DNA of 64,000 nt, taken from positions 1 through 64,000 of the forward strand of contig CAWIIP010000001.1 of NCBI GenBank assembly GCA_963836235.1. Reading direction: 5' to 3'. The DNA comes from an uncultured Pseudomonadota bacterium. Lineage in GTDB: Bacteria > Oederibacteriota > Muellerivitia > Muellerivitales > Muellerivitaceae. Positions within the stretch are counted from its first letter, which is position 1. Each line of letters opens with the position of its first letter. The notes under the pieces are model-generated. The model was not told the origin of the DNA. It was given only the letters and a program-made list of their open reading frames with translations, and did no database searches. Shown in pieces: positions 22,265 to 30,279 of the stretch. The position numbers and the translations under genes were made by a program.

Positions 22265-24790
22265 ATGGGGGATATTTTAATTTGGTGGCTAGTGGTGCTG
22301 GTTTTGGGACTGGTCACCCTTCCCATTACTTTTGTGGCTTTGAAACATTTTCCTGATAAAGGATATGTTTTCAGCAAGGTTTTAGGATTATTGCTGGTGG
22401 GATACCTCTATTGGCTTTTGGGTTATGTGGCTTTTAATGGGGCGACCCTCTTCTTGGCCTTTCTTATTGTCTGTGGTATCTCCACGACTCTTTTAATTAC
22501 TTGGATCGGCAAGCCCTTTATTGAGTTTTTCAAAAAAAATATCGGCTTTTTTCTGGTGGTGGAATGTTTTTTTCTTACCGCCTTTCTAGTGGCGGGTGCC
22601 TACAAAATGCGCACTTACGAGATCGTCGGCACGGAAAAACCCATGGATTTTGCCATGATCAACGGCATCCTGGCTTCACCTTCCATGCCGCCGCAGGATC
22701 CTTGGCTTTCGGGCGGAAGTATTTCCTACTATTATTTCGGTTACTTCATCGTGGCGATGCTCTGCCAAATCACTTCTGTCTTTTCCGTCACATCAGGGGA
22801 GGCCTATAACCTAGCTGTGGCGTTAATTTGGGCGCTGGCTGCGGTCTGTACCTTTTCCTTGGGATATGCCCTTACCCGCCGTTACCGTTATTCTCTTTTT
22901 TCTGCGGCCTGCTTGGTGTTATTTGGAAATTTAGATTATTGGCACCGGGCCGTCCAAAGCTTTATTATTGGCGACCTGACGATTCCCTATTACAACCGGC
23001 CCCCTAATCCTAATGCACCAACAGGGATTGGTGCTTTTTTCGGGTTTCTCTTCAGTCCGCTGGAGCATGGTTGGGATTATTTCCAGGCTTCCCGCATTGT
23101 CCCGGTTCCACCGACAGATAAGCTGATCAATGAATTTCCTTCCTTTAGCTTTTTTCTATCGGATTTGCACCCCCATGTAATGGCCATTCCCTTTGTTCTG
23201 TTAGCCATCGCGGTCGCGTTTAATCTTCTCAAAGCGCCCCTGCCGAGTTTAGGTATTTTTGGTGGACAGAAGCCCTGGCAATTCGGGCAATGGCTTTTAA
23301 TCGCCCTGGTTTTTGGTGCTTTATCCTTTATGAATAGTTGGGATTTCCCGACCTTCATGTTTTTGCTGGGTATTTGTTTGTTCCTGCAGCAATGGTGGAC
23401 AAACGAGAAAAACCTTGTTACTTGGGTCAAGGCCGTGGTGATTTTGGGAGTTCCAATTGTTTTGGCGGCTTTCGCCCTTTACCTGCCGTTCTATTTGCGG
23501 TTCCAATCCCAAGCCAAGGGATTGGGGTTCGTGAGTGACCGCACCGATCTTTATTATCTGGCGGTGATCTTCGGCCTTTTTTTTACGGTTATTATTCCTC
23601 CCATCCTTGGGAAGGCCCTGCCCTCAAAATCATTCGATAAAAACACAAAAAGCAAAACAAAATCCAACCAGGAATTGGAATGTGTTGTTTGTGGAAGGGA
23701 AGGCGCGGGAAAGAAATTTTGCGGTTATTGCGGAGGGGAATTGGCTCTCCCAGTTCAATCTGACGTTGTAGCCTTGCCGAACGAGGGACTCCGAAGCGCT
23801 CTTCAAAAAGTCGGAAGTTTGTTTTATTCGAGCGCCGATTCTTCTAGGGGTTGGATCACCTTGGGCGTGGTTCTTCTCATCTTGTTGGGCTTCAACTTCG
23901 GTTTTTTAAAACTTTCCACATTGTTTTTGGGGCTTCTTTTCGTTTGCTTTACCCTGTTGGCTTTAGCGTCCAAAGCAGAGTCGAAAGAACTGATATTCAC
24001 GATTTTGATGGTGATGACGGCCTTCCTCCTGCTTTTTGGGTGTGAGGCCCTTTATATCCGGGACCATTTTTCCGATAGTGCCCTTTATCGGATGAATACC
24101 GTTTTCAAGTTTCATTACCAAGTCTGGATACTCTTCAGCTTGGCCTCGGGTCCACTTTTGAAATGGTTGGTTGAAAATCAATGGCCCCAATGGGTTGGCT
24201 GGAAAAAAGGGCTTTGGGCGGCTTTGGCCCTCTTTACCTTGATCGGGGCTTCCTTTTATCCTGTTATGGCTTTCACGGCTCGTATGCGCGGTTCCTCGCC
24301 GGATACAGTGACCATGGACGGAGAATTGTATTATGAACACGCTTTCTCCAGCGATTATGCCGTAGCCCAATGGATCAAGCAAAATGTGAAGCCGGTTGGC
24401 CAGAAAGTGCCGGTAATCTTGGAGGCTTGGGGTGGTTCCTACCAGCAACAATTCGCGACACTTGCCACCATGACTGGATATCCGACTATCCTGGGCTGGG
24501 ATTTTCACGAAGCCCAATGGCGTGGTTCCTGGGACAAGCCCGCTATCCGGGGCGGTGACCCTCAGGATACTGTTTTCCAGAGGCGGACGGACGTGGACTC
24601 GATTTATACTTCCGCGGACATCAACCAAACGCGGGAGCTCTTAAAGAAGTATGGAGTGGATTATGTTTATGTGAGTGATGTGGAGCGGGAGAAGTACAAG
24701 GACCACCCGGAAAACCTCAATAAGTTTTCGCAATTGGGGCCGGTTGTCCAGCAAGTTGGAAGTTCGGTTCTTTATAAAATAAACCCGTAA
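22265..24790 (+). CDS. DUF2298 (Chlor_Arch_YYY) membrane protein with an internal zinc ribbon
   Basis: EKPMDF, PPQDPW, SYYYFG, INEFP, SDLHPH, NSWDFP, RMNTVFK, GWDFHEAQWRG; CVVC...CGYC insert; GGAGG RBS. Confidence 0.85.
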   Translation: MGDILIWWLVVLVLGLVTLPITFVALKHFPDKGYVFSKVLGLLLVGYLYWLLGYVAFNGATLFLAFLIVCGISTTLLITWIGKPFIEFFKKNIGFFLVVECFFLTAFLVAGAYKMRTYEIVGTEKPMDFAMINGILASPSMPPQDPWLSGGSISYYYFGYFIVAMLCQITSVFSVTSGEAYNLAVALIWALAAVCTFSLGYALTRRYRYSLFSAACLVLFGNLDYWHRAVQSFIIGDLTIPYYNRPPNPNAPTGIGAFFGFLFSPLEHGWDYFQASRIVPVPPTDKLINEFPSFSFFLSDLHPHVMAIPFVLLAIAVAFNLLKAPLPSLGIFGGQKPWQFGQWLLIALVFGALSFMNSWDFPTFMFLLGICLFLQQWWTNEKNLVTWVKAVVILGVPIVLAAFALYLPFYLRFQSQAKGLGFVSDRTDLYYLAVIFGLFFTVIIPPILGKALPSKSFDKNTKSKTKSNQELECVVCGREGAGKKFCGYCGGELALPVQSDVVALPNEGLRSALQKVGSLFYSSADSSRGWITLGVVLLILLGFNFGFLKLSTLFLGLLFVCFTLLALASKAESKELIFTILMVMTAFLLLFGCEALYIRDHFSDSALYRMNTVFKFHYQVWILFSLASGPLLKWLVENQWPQWVGWKKGLWAALALFTLIGASFYPVMAFTARMRGSSPDTVTMDGELYYEHAFSSDYAVAQWIKQNVKPVGQKVPVILEAWGGSYQQQFATLATMTGYPTILGWDFHEAQWRGSWDKPAIRGGDPQDTVFQRRTDVDSIYTSADINQTRELLKKYGVDYVYVSDVEREKYKDHPENLNKFSQLGPVVQQVGSSVLYKINP

Positions 24791-24820
24791 GGGTGAAATT
24801 ACATTTTGATGGAGGATGGC

Positions 24821-25843
24821 ATGAGGATCGGTGATCGCGAAGTAACCTCGAAGGATTTTGTTTTGGCGGCGATTTTAGTTCTGGTGGCTGTAACGGCAAT
24901 CTGGGCGATGTTAAGGTCAGGGCCTAAGCCCAAGATTGGGGGGCCTGGAATCGGATTGATCACGATGCAAGGAGGCCAACCCGGCTCCGGAGCGGGACAA
25001 TTCGCTTATCCGAGGGGCATTGCCGTGAACAGCGACGGCGATGTTTTCGTGGCGGACAGCCGAAACAACCGTGTTCAAAAGTTTCGAGCCAATGACTGGC
25101 AATTCCTGACCGAATTTGGCGGACTCTTCGACGCCCTTAAGTCGTCCAACGGCGACCCTAAAAAACTGACGACCGACGCTCTCGGTAAGCTTCATGAGCC
25201 CAACGGGGTGGCGATTGGACCGGATGACATGGTTTACGTTATCGACACTTGGAACAGCCGTATTGAGGTTTTCAATTCCAAAGGCAAGGCGAAGTTTGCA
25301 TATACCACTGACGATGGTTTTTTTGGACCCCGAGAAATCGTAGTGGATCCAAACGGGTCCTCTTATGTGGCGGATACCGGGAAGCACCGGATCGTCAAGT
25401 TCGACAAAAGCGGCAAAAAAGTCCGAGCTTGGGGCATGAAGGGTGATAAACAAGGGGAGTTCAACGAACCCATCGGCCTTGCTTTGGACCAAGCCGGAAA
25501 CCTCTATGTTGCGGATCGCCTCAATTTCAGGATACAGGTCTTTACATCGGACGGACAATTTATCCGGGAGTGGAAAGTCGACGGTTGGTCGCCTGACCAG
25601 ATCGACATGGAGCCTCACTTGGCCCTCGATCAAGCCCATGGACTTCTTTACGCCACGGATGGAAGGGGCAAGAAGGTTTATTGCTACAAGTTGGATGGTA
25701 CCCTGGTTACAACCCTTGAAACCAACACGAATGGAGCCGCTTTATTCATGGTTCCCATCGGAGTCGCGGTGGATAAAGACGGAAATCTTTACGTGATGGA
25801 CGCGGGAGCTGGAAAACTGCTCAAGCTGAAGGGGCAATTCTGA
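24821..25843 (+). CDS. Membrane-anchored NHL-repeat beta-propeller protein
   Basis: N-terminal TM, then repeated F/LxxPxGIAV...YVAD..N.R(I/V)QxF units; GGAGG RBS before ATG 24821. Confidence 0.88.
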   Translation: MRIGDREVTSKDFVLAAILVLVAVTAIWAMLRSGPKPKIGGPGIGLITMQGGQPGSGAGQFAYPRGIAVNSDGDVFVADSRNNRVQKFRANDWQFLTEFGGLFDALKSSNGDPKKLTTDALGKLHEPNGVAIGPDDMVYVIDTWNSRIEVFNSKGKAKFAYTTDDGFFGPREIVVDPNGSSYVADTGKHRIVKFDKSGKKVRAWGMKGDKQGEFNEPIGLALDQAGNLYVADRLNFRIQVFTSDGQFIREWKVDGWSPDQIDMEPHLALDQAHGLLYATDGRGKKVYCYKLDGTLVTTLETNTNGAALFMVPIGVAVDKDGNLYVMDAGAGKLLKLKGQF

Positions 25844-25864
25844 CTTAATTCTTGACGCGAGGGA

Positions 25865-26902
25865 ATGATGGCGAAGTTTAAAGTAAAATCGGTAAAAAAG
25901 AAAAAAAAGTCGAAGAAACAACGCAAAAAGGTTTCGGGAAGGGGGATGAAAGTTCTCCTCCTTGTTTTTTGCTTGGGTTTGTTGCTTGGCTTGACTTTTT
26001 TGGTCCAAAACCTGACCGAGGCCATCAACGCATCCAAGTCCATTCAGGTAGCGACAGATATGGAAATGGGCGCTCCTGGAGACGGGCCGGGCCAGTTCAA
26101 GGAACCACAGGACGTGGCGACCGACTCCGCGGGGAATTTTTATGTTAGCGATTTCAGCGGTCATCGGGTCCAAAAATTCGATACGAAGGGCACCCCAGTA
26201 TTTTCCATTGGAAAGGAAGGCAAAGGGGACGGCGAGTTTGAACAACCCAGCGGTCTCTTTCTGGACGGGCAGGGCAATATTTATGTCTGCGACACTTTCA
26301 ACCATCGCATTGAAAAATTCGATTCGGCGGGAAATTTCCTGAAGGCTTGGAGCCGCAGCTTTTTCGGGCCCCGGTCCGTTGTCGTCAGCGGCCAAAACCG
26401 GGTTTATGTTTCGGACACTGGAAACCATAAGATACAAGTATTCGACATCGAGGGGAACTTCATACAAGAATGGGGTGGGTTCGGCACGCAAACCGGGAAA
26501 TTCCGTGAACCAGTCGGGATTACGGCCGATCCACAGGGGAATATCTATGTCGCCGATTCGGACAACCTCCGGATCCAGAAATTCGATTCTAACGGAAAGT
26601 TTATCGCGGCTTTTAAGATTTCCACCTGGAAGGGAAAGAATGACGAAGTGCCATACCTCGCTTTTGGTCAAGGGTATCTTTACGCCAGCAATTCGAGCCA
26701 AAATACAATTCTGAAAATGGATCCGAATGGTAAATTAATTGCCATCTGCCGCAAGAACAATAGGGATCCCAAGAAAGATGGGGAAGGTTTTTCCAGGGCC
26801 GCTGGAGTGGCCGTCGACAGTCAGGACCATGTTTTTGCTGTTGAAAAGGGTAACGGGAAAATCGCCCGTTTTACCGTCCCCTTGGCCCCCCAAACAAACT
26901 AA
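25865..26902 (+). CDS. Membrane-anchored NHL-repeat beta-propeller protein with a Lys-rich N-tail
   Basis: KKKKKSKKQRKK, a TM helix, then NHL repeats (GQFKEPQDVA, GEFEQPSGL, FFGPRSVV, GKFREPVGI). Confidence 0.88.
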   Translation: MMAKFKVKSVKKKKKSKKQRKKVSGRGMKVLLLVFCLGLLLGLTFLVQNLTEAINASKSIQVATDMEMGAPGDGPGQFKEPQDVATDSAGNFYVSDFSGHRVQKFDTKGTPVFSIGKEGKGDGEFEQPSGLFLDGQGNIYVCDTFNHRIEKFDSAGNFLKAWSRSFFGPRSVVVSGQNRVYVSDTGNHKIQVFDIEGNFIQEWGGFGTQTGKFREPVGITADPQGNIYVADSDNLRIQKFDSNGKFIAAFKISTWKGKNDEVPYLAFGQGYLYASNSSQNTILKMDPNGKLIAICRKNNRDPKKDGEGFSRAAGVAVDSQDHVFAVEKGNGKIARFTVPLAPQTN

Positions 26903-27016
26903 AGTATTTTATTTAACCGCAAACTCTTTAGCGGTGGCCGAAAGGCTTGGCGGTTAAATGGGTTTAAGCTTGAATTTTTTTGTTCCAACCCGTCTCATTA
27001 ATTCCTGAGGAGTCCT

Positions 27017-27748
27017 GTGAAATCCATTCTTTCCAGAAAAACCATCATTGTGGTTCCGACTTACAACGAAAAGGGTAATATCGAGAATGTATACCGGCAA
27101 ATCTTTTTGGCCACCAAATCCTGCCACTTATTGATCGTGGACGACAATTCCCCTGATGGGACAGGGAAACTGGCTGACGGAATTGCCCGGAAGGACAACC
27201 GGGTCTTCGTTCTTCATCGACAAGGAAAGTTGGGACTTGGGTCCGCCTACGTGGCGGGGATGCAATACGCCCTAGAGAAAGGATACCAAAACGTAATCGC
27301 CATGGATGCGGACTTGTCCCATGATCCCACCAATTTACCGAGGATGTTGGAATTGATAAAAACCCATGATCTGGTGATTGGCTCCCGTTATGTAAAGGAC
27401 GGCGGCATGGTGAACTGGAACGCGCGCCGGTTTCTCATCAGCCAATTAGCCAATCTTTTTTGTCGCTCCATATTAGGGCTTCAACAGGCCGATTGTTCTG
27501 GGGGTTTCAAATGCTACCGGTCCACCCTTCTCAGGAAAATCGGGATGGACCAAGTTTTTTCAAAGGGATATAACTTCCAAGTAGAGATTCTCTACCGGGC
27601 TGTCCGGGTGGGAGCCAATATCATGGAAATCCCCATTGTTTTTGTGAACCGGCATGAAGGGGAGAGCAAACTAAGCGCCGGAGAATTGCTGGCTTTTGGC
27701 TGGACTATTCTGAAATTGAGACTTCTTTCATGGGTAGGAAAGGTTTAA
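27017..27748 (+). CDS. Polyprenol monophosphomannose synthase (Ppm1/DPM1-like GT2)
   Basis: VVPTYNEKGN, VDDNSPDGTG, GKLGLGSAY, MDADLSHDP, GSRYV, DCSGGFKCYR, GYNFQVE, EIPIVFVNR..GESKL. Confidence 0.9.
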   Translation: MKSILSRKTIIVVPTYNEKGNIENVYRQIFLATKSCHLLIVDDNSPDGTGKLADGIARKDNRVFVLHRQGKLGLGSAYVAGMQYALEKGYQNVIAMDADLSHDPTNLPRMLELIKTHDLVIGSRYVKDGGMVNWNARRFLISQLANLFCRSILGLQQADCSGGFKCYRSTLLRKIGMDQVFSKGYNFQVEILYRAVRVGANIMEIPIVFVNRHEGESKLSAGELLAFGWTILKLRLLSWVGKV

Positions 27749-27899
27749 CGGGCGTTGAGAACTTTTGACTGATGGATCTGAGTGCATAATATTTTGTGCC
27801 CTGGGGCACACAAAATAAACCAAAGCAAGTTCAATTTCCTTTAAAATCAAGATCAACGGTATCGTTGAGATGTCGTCGAAATCTTCTCTGGGATAATTC

Positions 27900-28704
27900 A
27901 TGCCCTTCTTAAGCCCTGTCCAACTGCGCAAGATTCGTTCCCGCCAAAAGATGTTGACCCAGGAAATTATAATGTATCAACGCGTAATGGTGGGTCTGCG
28001 CAAAAGCCTAAAGTTCGACAGCCTCTTGAAGCTCATTGTTGATTCCGTCCGTAAAGGTATGGGGTTCAAACGTGCTGGAATTTTTTTGGTGGAGCCAGAT
28101 GGAAAAAAAGTGAGGCTGGCGCTCGGGGTCTGCCAATTCGGGCGGTATGAACAGCACCAGAAAAGGCGGCCGCTTTATATTCTGTCGGGAAATGACATGT
28201 TCTCCCACTTGGTGTTTGGGGAAAAGAAATATTTCTTCACGAACAATTATACGAAGCACATGCCGAATAAAACCTGGGAAAAAAACTTGTCGTCCGAAAC
28301 AATGCGGCGGTTCCTATTCACCTTGGACACAACCGGGTTACGGGCATTCTGGCGGTCGATAACCTTTGGATGAACCGGACTATCACCCGTTCCGACATCT
28401 TCACGCTCCTTAATTATGCCACCCAAGTGGGATTGGCCCTTCAATCACTAAAAGCTCACGAACAAATCCTCAACCTGACGGTAACGGATCCCTTAACGGG
28501 ACTCCGAAACCGGCGGTTCTTCGATCAGGCGTTAGATATGGAAATCAAGCGTTGTCAGCGTTATGGCCGATCCTGTTGCCTGGTGATGGGGGACTTGGAC
28601 CACTTCAAACGGATCAACGACCGTTACGGACATGCAGCGGGTGATGAGGTTCTGAAACTGGTGGCAAATCTTCTGCGGGACAGCGTGCGCAGTGTGGATA
28701 TCGT
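27900..28704 (+). pseudogene. GAF-GGDEF diguanylate cyclase pseudogene (frameshifted; truncated before the GGDEF motif)
   Basis: GAF-like N-part; frameshift in the A7 run at 28279-28285; then TDPLTGLRNRR, DLDHFKRINDRYGHAAGDEVL, RSVDIV. Similarity stops where ARxGGEEF is expected. Confidence 0.8.
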
Positions 28705-29452
28705 ATTCTGGTTGGCACGGCGCAGGGGCAGAGCCCTTATTTCGAAGTTTATGTGCAAGGCCACCGCTGTCTGCTGGTGGAACCCGCTGACCTTCCTTCC
28801 GACGCTCCGGTGGTTGTAATGCTACACGGTTTTGGAACCAATGGGCTTGAAATGCTTCACCTTTGTGATGAACTTGGACCTCCCGCCTTGCCTGTTTGTT
28901 ATGCCGGATGCCCCCCTTCGGATACCACATTTGCCCTCTGGTGCCCATGCCTGGTATGACCGATATACCCATAGCCGCCAAGATATGGAAAAGAGCCGAG
29001 ATTACCTTTTTGAGGTTATGGACGACTTTTCTAAGAAGATTTCTGACCCTTTAAATCCCGAACCCGGCTTCAAGCCTAGGCCGGTGATCATCATGGGTTT
29101 TTCCCAAGGGGCCCTCATGTCGTTAGAAGCTGGGCTGAACTACAAAGGGAACATTGTCGGGATTGTTTCGATGCGCGGCTTTATTGAGTATCCCAATAAG
29201 ACACTGGCCCACCCTTTGGCTCCCCGTAAAACACTCATTCTTCTGGTGCATGGAGAATGAGACCCCGTTATCCAAGAAGAAGACACACAAGAAACGATGA
29301 GAGTTTTAAGACGGGCCGGATACCATCCGGTTTTAAAGGAATTTTTGATGGGCCACAAATTGAACTATGCCACTGTCACGGCAGTTTCGACTTTTCTACG
29401 AAAGGTACTTGATGAAAATTATTGGCCTATTTCCCCAACGGGAAGAGGGTAA
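28705..29452 (+). pseudogene. Phospholipase/carboxylesterase (alpha/beta hydrolase) pseudogene
   Basis: VVMLHGFG; frameshift at ~28873-28875; PDAP, AWYD, GFSQGA nucleophile elbow; HGE*DPVI with in-frame TGA at 29258-29260; MGH catalytic His; ends at TAA 29450-29452; 5' end missing. Confidence 0.8.
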
Positions 29453-29550
29453 GGGAGAGCCTCCCAAGCCGGAACTCCCATTTGATTACAAGTTTTAAAC
29501 CATATCTCGCTTTCTTTGGGATAGTTATATCCGGATGGGCTCGTCATGAT

Positions 29551-30174
29551 TTATTTATCAAGACGATCCAGAATTTTCTTTCCTTCCGTATCATCGATAA
29601 GGACAAATTGATCAGGTGGAGTTTCAAGATAATAAACTTCGGCCAGACGGATATTAAACCAAATACCGTGAAGTTTTAGACTACCTGACAATTCCTTTTC
29701 CTTTACTTTGGGGTGGCTGAGGAGGTTTTCCAACTGCAGTGCGACATTTCGTTTAGAGAGGGTGTCCTGATCCGAAAAATCGGCATTTGTGGCAGCTTTG
29801 GCGTGCCGGAGCCAAGCGTTTAATGGCGTATTCGAGGGAGCTTGGGATTGATTGGCAAGAGCCCTTATGGCTCCGCAGTCAGAATGGCCGCAAACGATTA
29901 TGTGACTGACTTTAAGGGTTTCCAACGAAAATTCTAAGGCCGCAACCGCTGAACCCCTGTCAGGAAAGGGAGGCATAATGTTTCCCAGGTTCCTTACGAC
30001 AAAAAGGTCGCCGGGATCGGTGGAGGCGAAGACATTGGCTGCCACGCGGCTGTCAGAACAGGCGATGAAAAGACAATCCGGGTTTTGCCCCAGAGCCAAT
30101 TTGGCGAATGTTTCACGCATGGATTCCCGGCGGGTACGACGGAATTCCATGATTCCTTGGATTAGTTTTTTCAT
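29551..30174 (-). CDS. can: Beta-class carbonic anhydrase
   Basis: GQNP, CSDSRV, PGDLFVVRNLGN, CGHSDCGA zinc ligands. Confidence 0.93.
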   Translation of the reverse strand: MKKLIQGIMEFRRTRRESMRETFAKLALGQNPDCLFIACSDSRVAANVFASTDPGDLFVVRNLGNIMPPFPDRGSAVAALEFSLETLKVSHIIVCGHSDCGAIRALANQSQAPSNTPLNAWLRHAKAATNADFSDQDTLSKRNVALQLENLLSHPKVKEKELSGSLKLHGIWFNIRLAEVYYLETPPDQFVLIDDTEGKKILDRLDK

Positions 30175-30233
30175 GGGTCGTTATTATAAACAGGTTTCGA
30201 AATGTTTTGGAGCGTTAGATATTGTGGGGAAAC

Positions 30234-30263
30234 AAAAAAGGCGGCCCATTCGGGCCGCCTTTT
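30234..30263 (-). terminator. Intrinsic terminator of the TIGR03663-like gene
   Basis: AAAAAAGGCGGCCC-ATTC-GGGCCGCCTTTT; the U tract on the minus strand lies just past the stop at 30280. Confidence 0.85.
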
Positions 30264-30279
30264 CGTCGTTAAGAGAATT

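Noticed and set aside
23963-26701. Long antisense ORFs (221, 240 and 319 aa) opposite the DUF2298/NHL genes
   Set aside because: They fully overlap well-supported genes and have no recognisable motifs or RBS.
27790-27817. TATTTTGTGCCC/GGGCAC(AC)AAAATA hairpin as a c-di-GMP riboswitch before the GGDEF pseudogene
   Set aside because: It is a single hairpin without the GEMM two-stem architecture; more likely a terminator-like remnant.
29258-29260. In-frame TGA as evidence for recoding (Trp/Gly/Sec)
   Set aside because: Many intact genes here end in TGA and use TGG for Trp, and the same gene has other lesions. A nonsense mutation is simpler.
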